This document shows, piece after piece, positions 44,813-52,352 of a stretch of 54,300 bases of DNA. This stretch comes from Frankiales bacterium (GTDB taxonomy: Bacteria; Actinomycetota; Actinomycetes; Mycobacteriales; SCTD01). The DNA lies in the NCBI GenBank assembly GCA_025965755.1, contig JAOPWI010000214.1, forward strand, positions 1 through 54,300, written 5' to 3'. A program made the translations under genes and the position numbers. The notes beneath the pieces are model-generated. The model worked only from the letters and a program-made list of their open reading frames with translations, ran no database searches and had not been told where the DNA came from. The number at the start of each line of letters is the position of its first letter. Position 1 is the stretch's first letter.

Positions 44813-45670
44813 TCAGGCGTGCACGACCACGACGGGGCAGGTCGCGTGCTGCGCGACCGACGTGCTCGTCGAGCCCAGGAGCAGTCCCGCGAAGCCGCCG
44901 CGGCCGCGGGAGCCGACGACGAGCAGGTCCTGCGGCCGGGCGGCCGCCAGCAGCCGCTCCGCAGGGTGACCGACCAGGACCTCCGCCTGCACGTCCGTGG
45001 CGCCGGCGGCCTGCGCGGCGACCTCGAGCGCGTGCCGCCCGCTGGCCTCGAGCAGCGCGAGGTCCGGAGGGTGGGCCCCGCCACGGGGCATGTCGATCGG
45101 TGCGTGCACGTGGAGCGCGACGAGGGTCGCGCCGCGGCGGCGGGCCTGGTCGGCTGCCACGGCCAGGGCGGCAAGCGACGCCGGCGAGTGGTCCACCCCG
45201 ACGATCACGCGGGGCGCTGCCGTGTCGGTGGCCCGGGGCTCAGGCACGATCGTGACCGGGCAGGTCGCGTGGTGCAGGACCGACGAGCTGACCGAGCCCA
45301 GGACGGCCCGCGACAGCGCACCGTGGCCGCGCGAGCCCATGACGACCAGAGCGCTGTCCCGGGCCTGCTCGACGAGCATCTGCGAGGCGGGACCGCAGGC
45401 GACGGCGGACGTGCACGTCACCGTGTCGGAGCCGGCGACGCGCTCGGACGCGAGCTTGATCTGCTCGTCCGCGTCCAGCTGCGCTTGGGCCGCCTCCCGC
45501 GTCCCGAGATCGCGGGTCGAGGAGGAGTACGCCTCCACGGCGTAGGCGCCGAGTGACCAGGCCCGGACCGCGTGCAGGGGCAGGCCCGTCGAGACGGCCT
45601 CGCGCAGAGCCCACTCCATGGCCGCGGCCCCGGACGGACTCGGGTCGACGCCGACCAGGATCCGGCTCAT
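44813..45670 (-). CDS. Tandem universal stress protein (two UspA domains)
   Basis: Two repeats each end in G..GHGALSRAVLGSVSSSVLHHATCPV / GSRGRGGFAGLLLGSTSTSVAQHATCPV. The ATG at 45670 overlaps the CBS gene stop as ATGA. Confidence 0.9.
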   Translation of the reverse strand: MSRILVGVDPSPSGAAAMEWALREAVSTGLPLHAVRAWSLGAYAVEAYSSSTRDLGTREAAQAQLDADEQIKLASERVAGSDTVTCTSAVACGPASQMLVEQARDSALVVMGSRGHGALSRAVLGSVSSSVLHHATCPVTIVPEPRATDTAAPRVIVGVDHSPASLAALAVAADQARRRGATLVALHVHAPIDMPRGGAHPPDLALLEASGRHALEVAAQAAGATDVQAEVLVGHPAERLLAAARPQDLLVVGSRGRGGFAGLLLGSTSTSVAQHATCPVVVVHA

Positions 45671-46212
45671 GACCGGGCACCGGCCATCGCGACCGGCATG
45701 TCGGCGACCGCGCCGACCGATCCGGGTGGGCCGCCGGCCCGGCGGGGCACCGACTGCTGCGTGGCGCTGCCCAGCGCGACGGCCGTCACGACGTCGACCA
45801 TGGTGATGATGCCGAGCAGCCGGGCCTGCGCGTCCACGACCACGACGGCGTCGCACCGGCTGGTGCGCAGCACGTGCGCGACGCGGTCCAGCGGGTCGCC
45901 TGGCGCGACGTGCGGCACGTAGTGCGTCATGGCCGTGCTGACCGGCTGCTCCAGGACACCGTCCGGCCCACCCGTGCTCAGCAGCGAGAAGGCCACCATG
46001 CGGTCGTCGACCAGGCCGACGAAGCGACCGTCCCCGAGCACGGGCAGGTGGCGGATGTTCAGGGTCCGCATCAGTTCCAGTGCCTCGCCGACGGTGGTCG
46101 TGGTCAGCACGGTCGCGACATCGCTGGTCATGACGTCGTGGGCCCTCAGACCGACCAGCGGCGACTCCCCCTGCGAGGCGGGGTGGCTGGCAGTGGTCGT
46201 GGTCGTGGTCAT
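45667..46212 (-). CDS. CBS-pair domain protein
   Basis: Two CBS motifs (VMTSDVATV...IRHLPVL and AMTHYVPHV...CDAVVVVD..LLGIIT). ATG at 46212 is preceded by GAGGAG. Confidence 0.85.
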   Translation of the reverse strand: MTTTTTTASHPASQGESPLVGLRAHDVMTSDVATVLTTTTVGEALELMRTLNIRHLPVLGDGRFVGLVDDRMVAFSLLSTGGPDGVLEQPVSTAMTHYVPHVAPGDPLDRVAHVLRTSRCDAVVVVDAQARLLGIITMVDVVTAVALGSATQQSVPRRAGGPPGSVGAVADMPVAMAGARS

Positions 46213-46521
46213 GGCTGCTCCTCTGCTGATGTGGGCGAACGCGCCCGTGCTCGCAGTGCTCCCCCGCCCGCCAGGTGACGGTCGAGGGGTGGATCGGCTG
46301 CCGCAGGTCAGGTCCCTCAGGGACGTCGAGCCGGGCGGAGAGGACACGCGAGGGGCGGACGCCTGCCGTGCTCGTGAGTGACCCGACAGGAGCCGGGCTC
46401 GTGAGGGAGTTCGCGAGGGAGAGGGGTCCCGACGGGCCTGGGCCATGCCGCACTGTGCCGCGCCGGCCCGTCACCCACCAGTGCCGAAGGTCCCGGAGCA
46501 TCAGGTGCGGCGCGGCCGCCC

Positions 46522-47253
46522 TCAGCGCCGGGCGGGCGGAGCGGCGCGTCGGCGCCGGCTGCCGGGAGCCGGGGCCTGTTGCTCAACGGCCTGCAGTCCG
46601 TTGAGCAACAGGTCCAGGCTCTCGTCGAGAGCCGCCGCGCCGTCGTAGCCGGCCAGCAGCGCCTTGGCCAGTCCGCGCAGCCTGGGGAACTCCTCGGGCG
46701 GCAGGCGGTCCAGGCCCAGCCGCAGCAGCGCGTCGGTCGCCTCGGGATCGACCACCACCTCCTGCAGTTCGTTCAGGACGTGGCCGTGCAGCAGGCCCCA
46801 GTAGCTGCGGTAGAGGTGCAGCGCGCGGACGGGCGGGTAGCCGGCGGCGATGAGCAGCTCGAGCATCTGCTCGAGCGGTCGCAGTGTGCCGATCGGCCGC
46901 AACGCCAGCGGCGTCGCCAGCGGCCGGGTGACGATCAGCGGGACGACGTTCGGATGCGCGAGCGCCAGCTGCCGGAACTGGTGCGCGGCCCGGCGCAACT
47001 GCTCCTGCCAGTCCGGCGTGTCCGCGGAGATGACGAGCTGGGCCAGCACGAGCTCGGCCACCCCGTCGAGCAGTGCTGCGCGGTTGGTGGCGTACCGGTA
47101 CAGCGCCATCGGGTCGCGACCCAGCTCCTGGCCGAGCCGGCGCATGGTCAGGGCTTCCAGACCCTGCTCGTCGACCAGGCGCAGCGCCGCGTGGAGCACG
47201 AGTTCCCGGCTCAGCCTCGGCCGGCGCGGCGCGCCTTCCGGCCCGTCGGTCAT
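46522..47253 (-). CDS. TetR/AcrR-family transcriptional regulator
   Basis: N-terminal HTH LSRELVLHAALRLVDEQGLEALTMRRLGQELGRDPMALYRY. 243 aa. Confidence 0.85.
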   Translation of the reverse strand: MTDGPEGAPRRPRLSRELVLHAALRLVDEQGLEALTMRRLGQELGRDPMALYRYATNRAALLDGVAELVLAQLVISADTPDWQEQLRRAAHQFRQLALAHPNVVPLIVTRPLATPLALRPIGTLRPLEQMLELLIAAGYPPVRALHLYRSYWGLLHGHVLNELQEVVVDPEATDALLRLGLDRLPPEEFPRLRGLAKALLAGYDGAAALDESLDLLLNGLQAVEQQAPAPGSRRRRAAPPARR

Positions 47254-47290
47254 CCGGTCACCCTCACTGCGGGAGCGCTCACGAGCGGAC

Positions 47291-47303
47291 TCTACGGCGT
47301 AGA
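47291..47303. promoter_or_regulatory. Candidate TetR operator 1 (TCTAC-N3-GTAGA palindrome)
   Basis: TCTACG-G-CGTAGA, 38 nt upstream of the TetR start. It shares half-sites with the site at 47437-47451. Confidence 0.4.
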
Positions 47304-47395
47304 CACCAGGCGCGGGTCCTCCGCGGCCGCCGCGTCAGGACGCCGCGGCCGGCGACGCGCGAGGCGTGAGGGGCCGCCGCGCGAGGGGCGGAGAC

Positions 47396-47409
47396 GGGAC
47401 CAAGGTCCC
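47396..47409. promoter_or_regulatory. Perfect 14-bp palindrome with DosR-box architecture (GGGAC-N4-GTCCC)
   Basis: GGGACCAAGGTCCC, 117 nt upstream of the membrane-protein/ADH operon start. Confidence 0.35.
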
Positions 47410-47436
47410 TGGTTGGCAGGGGATCGCCGACGTAGC

Positions 47437-47451
47437 GTCTACACCGTAGAC
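47437..47451. promoter_or_regulatory. Candidate TetR operator 2 (TCTAC-N3-GTAGA palindrome)
   Basis: GTCTAC-ACC-GTAGAC, 75 nt upstream of the start at 47526. Confidence 0.4.
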
Positions 47452-47525
47452 ACGTTGAGCCACCTGACCCTGAGCACCGTTCCGGTGCGGCCCGGCGACC
47501 GGCAAGGCATCACCCGGAGGCCGGC

Positions 47526-48032
47526 ATGACCAGCACCCAAGTTCCCGACGCACCCGGCGCCCTCAGGGGTCAGGCGAGCGGGCGCCGACGCGGCAAGCCC
47601 GCCGGCTCGGCACAGGGAGACAGGCGCGTCAGCCTGCTCGGCACCCTTGTCGTTGCCGCCGGAGTGGTCCTCGCCCTGTCCGGTGCCGGAACCTGGGCCA
47701 TGGTCCAGAGCAGCCTCGCCGGCGAGAACATCACGGTCGCCGACGACGCCGCGCGCTTCGCGGGGCAGCAGGTCAACGGACCGCTCACCGCCTATTACGA
47801 GGCGGACATCATCGAGCACCACGCCCTCGAGGCCAGCGGTGGCAAAACCTACGCCGAGCTCGACCGCGACGACCCCGCCCGGGCCACCGTCATGACCGGC
47901 AGCTTCCTGCGCGCCAGCCTCTTCACCAGCGTCGTCAGCTTCGGCATCGCCGCCATGGCCATGGGACTCGGCCTTCTGTTCGCCCTCATCGGCTTCGCGC
48001 TGCGGGCGGTCGGCAGCCCTCGCACCGCCTGA
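47526..48032 (+). CDS. Hypothetical membrane protein (N- and C-terminal TM helices flanking a soluble loop)
   Basis: 168 aa with high GC3. TM segments LLGTLVVAAGVVLALSGAGTWAMV and LFTSVVSFGIAAMAMGLGLLFALIGFAL. Confidence 0.65.
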   Translation: MTSTQVPDAPGALRGQASGRRRGKPAGSAQGDRRVSLLGTLVVAAGVVLALSGAGTWAMVQSSLAGENITVADDAARFAGQQVNGPLTAYYEADIIEHHALEASGGKTYAELDRDDPARATVMTGSFLRASLFTSVVSFGIAAMAMGLGLLFALIGFALRAVGSPRTA

Positions 48033-48100
48033 CAACGGCCCGCACGGCTCGACCGGCACCGGGTCTCCGGCGCCGCCGCCTTCCAGCACGGGAGTGCATC

Positions 48101-49150
48101 ATGAGAGCCCTCGTCTACCACGGCCCCGGCAACAAGAGCTGGGACCAGGTCCCCGACCCGACGATTCTGCACAGCACCGACGCGGTCGTGCGGGTCGACA
48201 CCACGACCCTGTGCGGCACCGACCTGCACATCCTCAAGGGTGACGTCCCCGCGGTCACCGACGGCCGGATCCTGGGCCACGAGGCGGTCGGCACCGTCAC
48301 GGAAGTCGGTCCCGCAGTGACCTCCATCCGCGTCGGGGACCGCGTGCTGGTCTCGTGCGTCAGCGCCTGCGGCCGTTGCCGCTACTGCCGGGAGGGGCAG
48401 TACGGCCAGTGCCTGGGCGGAGGCGGCTGGATCCTCGGCCACACCATCGACGGCACCCAGGCCGAGCTCGTCCGGGTGCCCTTCGCCGACACCTCCACCT
48501 ACCTGCTGCCTGCCGGCCTGGACGACGAGTCCGCTCTGATGCTCTCCGACATCCTGCCCACCGCGTACGAGGTCGGTGTCGTCAACGGCGGCATCCGCCC
48601 GGGCGACACCGTCGCCGTCGTCGGCGCCGGGCCGATCGGCCTGGCGGCCGTGCTGGCCGCGCGGCTGTTCAGCCCGGCCCACATCGTGGCGATCGACCTC
48701 GTCGACGCCCGGCTCGACGCGGCGAAGCAGTTCGGCGCCGACGTCACGATCAACCCGTCCCGGGAGGATCCGGCCGAGCAGCTGGCCACCCTGACCGGTG
48801 GGCTCGGGGTGGACGTGGCGATCGAAGCCGTCGGGACACCAGGCACCTTCGAGACCTGCACGAGGCTGGTGCGCCCCGGAGGGCGCGTCGCCAACGTCGG
48901 CGTCCATGGCACCCCGGCCACGCTGCACCTGGAAGACCTGTGGTCGCGCAACGTCACCATCACCACCGGCCTGGTGGACACCTGGTCGACCCCGACCCTG
49001 CTCAAGCTCGTCGCGGCGGGCCAGCTCGACGCGAAGCGCTTCGTCACCCACCGCTTCGCCCTGGCCGACATCGTCAGCGCCTACGACACCTTCAGCCGGG
49101 CCGCAGACACCGCGGCGCTCAAGGTGGTCCTGACCGGCACGCCCGCCTGA
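48101..49150 (+). CDS. Zn-dependent NAD(P) alcohol dehydrogenase (MDR family)
   Basis: Catalytic-Zn ligand region CGTDLH..GHEAVG. Structural-Zn loop CGRCRYCREGQYGQC. Cofactor fold VVGAGPIGL. Confidence 0.9.
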   Translation: MRALVYHGPGNKSWDQVPDPTILHSTDAVVRVDTTTLCGTDLHILKGDVPAVTDGRILGHEAVGTVTEVGPAVTSIRVGDRVLVSCVSACGRCRYCREGQYGQCLGGGGWILGHTIDGTQAELVRVPFADTSTYLLPAGLDDESALMLSDILPTAYEVGVVNGGIRPGDTVAVVGAGPIGLAAVLAARLFSPAHIVAIDLVDARLDAAKQFGADVTINPSREDPAEQLATLTGGLGVDVAIEAVGTPGTFETCTRLVRPGGRVANVGVHGTPATLHLEDLWSRNVTITTGLVDTWSTPTLLKLVAAGQLDAKRFVTHRFALADIVSAYDTFSRAADTAALKVVLTGTPA

Positions 49151-49197
49151 GCTCGCCCAGCCGCGACCCGCTGCTGGCACCCAGAGCGCGACGTGAC

Positions 49198-49233
49198 GCT
49201 GCCCGGCGCCGGCCGACACCGGCGCCGGGCAGC
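49198..49233 (+). terminator. Hairpin downstream of the ADH gene
   Basis: Perfect 15-bp arms GCTGCCCGGCGCCGG / CCGGCGCCGGGCAGC with a 6-nt loop, 48 nt after the stop. Confidence 0.55.
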
Positions 49234-49236
49234 GGC

Positions 49237-49398
49237 GTAGCCACCGTCCAGGTCCTGCGCGGGCGGGTCCGCCTCGGCGCCGGCGACGACCGGTGGGACG
49301 GCGGCCCGGGAGAGCTCCTCGTCGTCCCCGACGCCCGCCATGACCTGGAAGCACTCGAGGACTGCGTGGTTCTGCTCACCGTTGCCCCGCGCGCCTGA
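49237..49398 (+). pseudogene. C-terminal remnant of a small cupin-domain protein (no start codon, N-terminal half missing)
   Basis: ATVQVLRGRVRLGAGDDRWDGGPGELLVVPDARHDLEALEDCVVLLTV matches the last beta-strands of about 110-aa cupins. GC3 is high. No in-frame ATG, GTG or TTG lies between the ADH stop and this segment. Confidence 0.45.
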
Positions 49399-52182
49399 TC
49401 AGGCGAGGTCGGCGCTCACCTCACCGCGCAGCGTCGGCTGCGGCTCGTGCCGCTCCCCGCCGGGGCGGCGCAGCGCCTTGTGCGCCTCGATGAAGACGAC
49501 GTAGAGCAGCGCGATGCCGACGGCCAGCGCCCAGTGCCGGGCGGCCATCGGCGCAAGGCCCAGAACCTCACGCGCGACCGGCACCGTGACCAGCAGGACC
49601 TGCAACGCGGCGGTGAGCGCGACCGCCGCGACGAGGGCGCGATTGGTGAGCAGCCCCAGCCGGCGCAGGGACAGCTGTTCGGACCGCATGGCGAAGCCCC
49701 CGGCCAGCTCGGCGAAGGCGATCGAGGTGAACAGCACCGTCTGCCAGGCCGGGTCCCCGGCGCGCCACAGCAGGTACGCCGGCAGCAGCGCGAGCAGCGT
49801 CAGGGCGCTCCCTCGCACGAGGATGCGCCGGCCGCGGTCTGGACCGAACACGCTCTCCCGTCGTGAGGTCGGCGGCCGGAGCATGACGCCCTGCTCGGCC
49901 GGCTCGACGGCCAGCGCGATCGCCGGCAACCCGTCGGTGGCCAGGTTCAGCCACAGAATCTGCAGGGGCAGCAGCGGGATCGGCATGCCGAGCAGCGGTG
50001 CGACGATCATGACGGAGACCTCGGCCAGGTTTCCGCTGAGAATGTTGCGGATGAACTTGCGGATGTTGTCGAAGACGACCCGGCCCTCACGGACGGCCCG
50101 CACGATGGTGGCGAAGTCGTCGTCCTGCAGGACCATGTCGGCCGCGTCCTTGGTGACGTCGGTGCCGGTGATGCCCATGGCGACGCCGATGTCGGCCTGC
50201 TTGAGCGCCGGAGCGTCGTTGACCCCGTCGCCCGTCATCGCGACGACCTGACCGTCGGCCTGGAGCGCCCGCACGAGGCGCATCTTGTCGGCGGGTGAGA
50301 CGCGGGCGTAGACGGCCGTCGAGCGGAGCGTCGCCAGCAGGTCGGGTGCGGTCAGCGCGCCGACCTCGTTGCCCGTGACGGCCCGGTCACCGGCCTGCGC
50401 CAGGCCGAGATCTCGGGCGATGGCCATCGCGGTCAGCGGGTGATCGCCGGTGATCATGACGGCGCGGATCCCGGCCTCCCGGCAGGTGCGCACGGCGGCG
50501 GACGCCTCCGGTCGGACCGGATCGGTCATCCCCTGCAGCCCGAGCAGCGTCAGCCCCGACTCCACCTGCCGAGCCGGCGCCTCCGGCTGCGCGGGCCAGC
50601 GGCGCATGGCGACGCCCAGAACGCGGATGCCGGCAGCGGCCATCTCCTGCGCCGCGACGCGTACGCCGTGGCGCCGCTCCTCATCCAGCGGCACCGGTCG
50701 GCCGTCCTCCAGCACGTGGTCGCAGCACGCCAGCAGGCCATCGAACGCGCCCTTGGTGAAGCAGACCCGGCTGGCTGCCGAGCCGGTGAGCTGGCCCGCC
50801 GCGAACGCCGCGCGCAGGCCAGCCGGAACCGCCTCGGGCGTCGCCGGAACCGCGTGCATGGTGGTCATCCGCTTGCGGTCGGAGTCGAACGGCAGCTCGC
50901 CGCACCGGGGAAGCGCGGCCTGCATCGCACGCAGGTCCAGGCCGTACCGGGCCGCCACAGCGACCAGCGCCGTCTCGGTCGGGTCGCCGGCCAGGGAACC
51001 GTCCTGCGCGACCTCGGTGTCGTTGCACAGCGCGCCGCCCAGCAGGAGCAGCCGCAGCGGGCCGTCGTGGTCGCCCGCGGGCTGAACCGGGTCGCCCGGT
51101 CCGGCGGTGACGCGCCGGCCGGCGACCTCGAGCGCCGTCACGGTCATCCGGTTCTGCGTCAGGGTGCCGGTCTTGTCGGAACAGATGGTCGTCACCGACC
51201 CCAACGTCTCCACGGCGTACAACCGGCGGATCAGCGCGGAGCGCCGGAGCATGCGCTGCGCTCCCAGCGCCAGGGTGATCGTCACGACGACGGGCAGGCT
51301 CTCGGGAATCGCCGCCACCGCGAGGCTGACCGCGGTCAGCAGCAACGTGTCCCACGCCTCGTCGCGGACCAACCCCAGCAGCAGGACGACGGTCACGACC
51401 CCTCCGACGCCCACCGCCAGCCGGCGCACCAGCGCGTCCAGGCGCAGCTGCAGCGGCGTCTTGCCCGGGCTGGCGCCCTGCAGCAGCCCGGCGATGCGTC
51501 CCAGCTCCGCCCGCATGCCCGTCGCGGTGACGAGGACCGTGCCGCGGCCCGCGGTGACACTGGTGCCCGCGTAGGCCATCGACGTCCGCTCGGCGAGCGG
51601 TGCGTCCCGGCCCACGGCGGCCACCTGCTTGTCCACGCCGGCGGACTCACCGGTGAGCGCCGACTCCTCCACCCGCAGCGCGTGCGCCTCGAGGACCCGC
51701 CCGTCGGCGGGCACTCGGGAGCCGGCCTCCAGCCGCACCAGGTCTCCGGCCACGAGGTCAGCGGCCGGCACCGCGCGCCGCCGGCCGTCCCGGATCACGC
51801 TCACGGTGGGTGCCGCCATGGCCGCCAGCGAGGCCATCGCCCTGCCTGCCCGGGCCTCCTGCCGGAAGCCGATGGCCGCGTTGAGCGCAACGACGCCGAG
51901 GATCACCTGCGCCTCGGTCAGGTCACCGAGTGCCGCCGACAAGGCGCCCGCACCGATGAGCAGCAGGATCATCGGTGACGTGAGCTGGCGCGCCAGGAGC
52001 CGGCCCCACGGCACCTGCGCGTCGCGGTCCAGCTGGTTCGCCCCGTCTCGGCGGAGCCGTCCAGCCGCCTCGTCCCCGGTCAGGCCGCGGGTCGGGTCGG
52101 CGCCCATGCGGGCGGCGACGTCCGCCGGAGTCCGGGCGTGGTCGGCCTGTGCCTCGTTCCCGGATGCGGCGGGGTCGCGCAT
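49399..52182 (-). CDS. Cation-transporting P-type ATPase (type II, CtpF/SERCA-like)
   Basis: 927 aa. TGES motif (LTGESAGV), phosphorylation site DKTGTLTQN, hinge [12 protein letters not shown], and 10 predicted TM helices. Confidence 0.9.
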   Translation of the reverse strand: MRDPAASGNEAQADHARTPADVAARMGADPTRGLTGDEAAGRLRRDGANQLDRDAQVPWGRLLARQLTSPMILLLIGAGALSAALGDLTEAQVILGVVALNAAIGFRQEARAGRAMASLAAMAAPTVSVIRDGRRRAVPAADLVAGDLVRLEAGSRVPADGRVLEAHALRVEESALTGESAGVDKQVAAVGRDAPLAERTSMAYAGTSVTAGRGTVLVTATGMRAELGRIAGLLQGASPGKTPLQLRLDALVRRLAVGVGGVVTVVLLLGLVRDEAWDTLLLTAVSLAVAAIPESLPVVVTITLALGAQRMLRRSALIRRLYAVETLGSVTTICSDKTGTLTQNRMTVTALEVAGRRVTAGPGDPVQPAGDHDGPLRLLLLGGALCNDTEVAQDGSLAGDPTETALVAVAARYGLDLRAMQAALPRCGELPFDSDRKRMTTMHAVPATPEAVPAGLRAAFAAGQLTGSAASRVCFTKGAFDGLLACCDHVLEDGRPVPLDEERRHGVRVAAQEMAAAGIRVLGVAMRRWPAQPEAPARQVESGLTLLGLQGMTDPVRPEASAAVRTCREAGIRAVMITGDHPLTAMAIARDLGLAQAGDRAVTGNEVGALTAPDLLATLRSTAVYARVSPADKMRLVRALQADGQVVAMTGDGVNDAPALKQADIGVAMGITGTDVTKDAADMVLQDDDFATIVRAVREGRVVFDNIRKFIRNILSGNLAEVSVMIVAPLLGMPIPLLPLQILWLNLATDGLPAIALAVEPAEQGVMLRPPTSRRESVFGPDRGRRILVRGSALTLLALLPAYLLWRAGDPAWQTVLFTSIAFAELAGGFAMRSEQLSLRRLGLLTNRALVAAVALTAALQVLLVTVPVAREVLGLAPMAARHWALAVGIALLYVVFIEAHKALRRPGGERHEPQPTLRGEVSADLA

Positions 52183-52352
52183 GCTGCACGCTAGGCGCCG
52201 GTGCGCCGCCGCGCGGGGCGAACCCGAAGCTGAGCAGCGCAGGTGTCACCGGCGCCCGCGGCCACCGCAGGCCCGCCGACCGTGCCTACGGCAGGTCCGG
52301 CGAGGTCCGGCTCGCGCCCGTCCAGCACGCGCTCGGGTCGCGCCGCCGGCCG

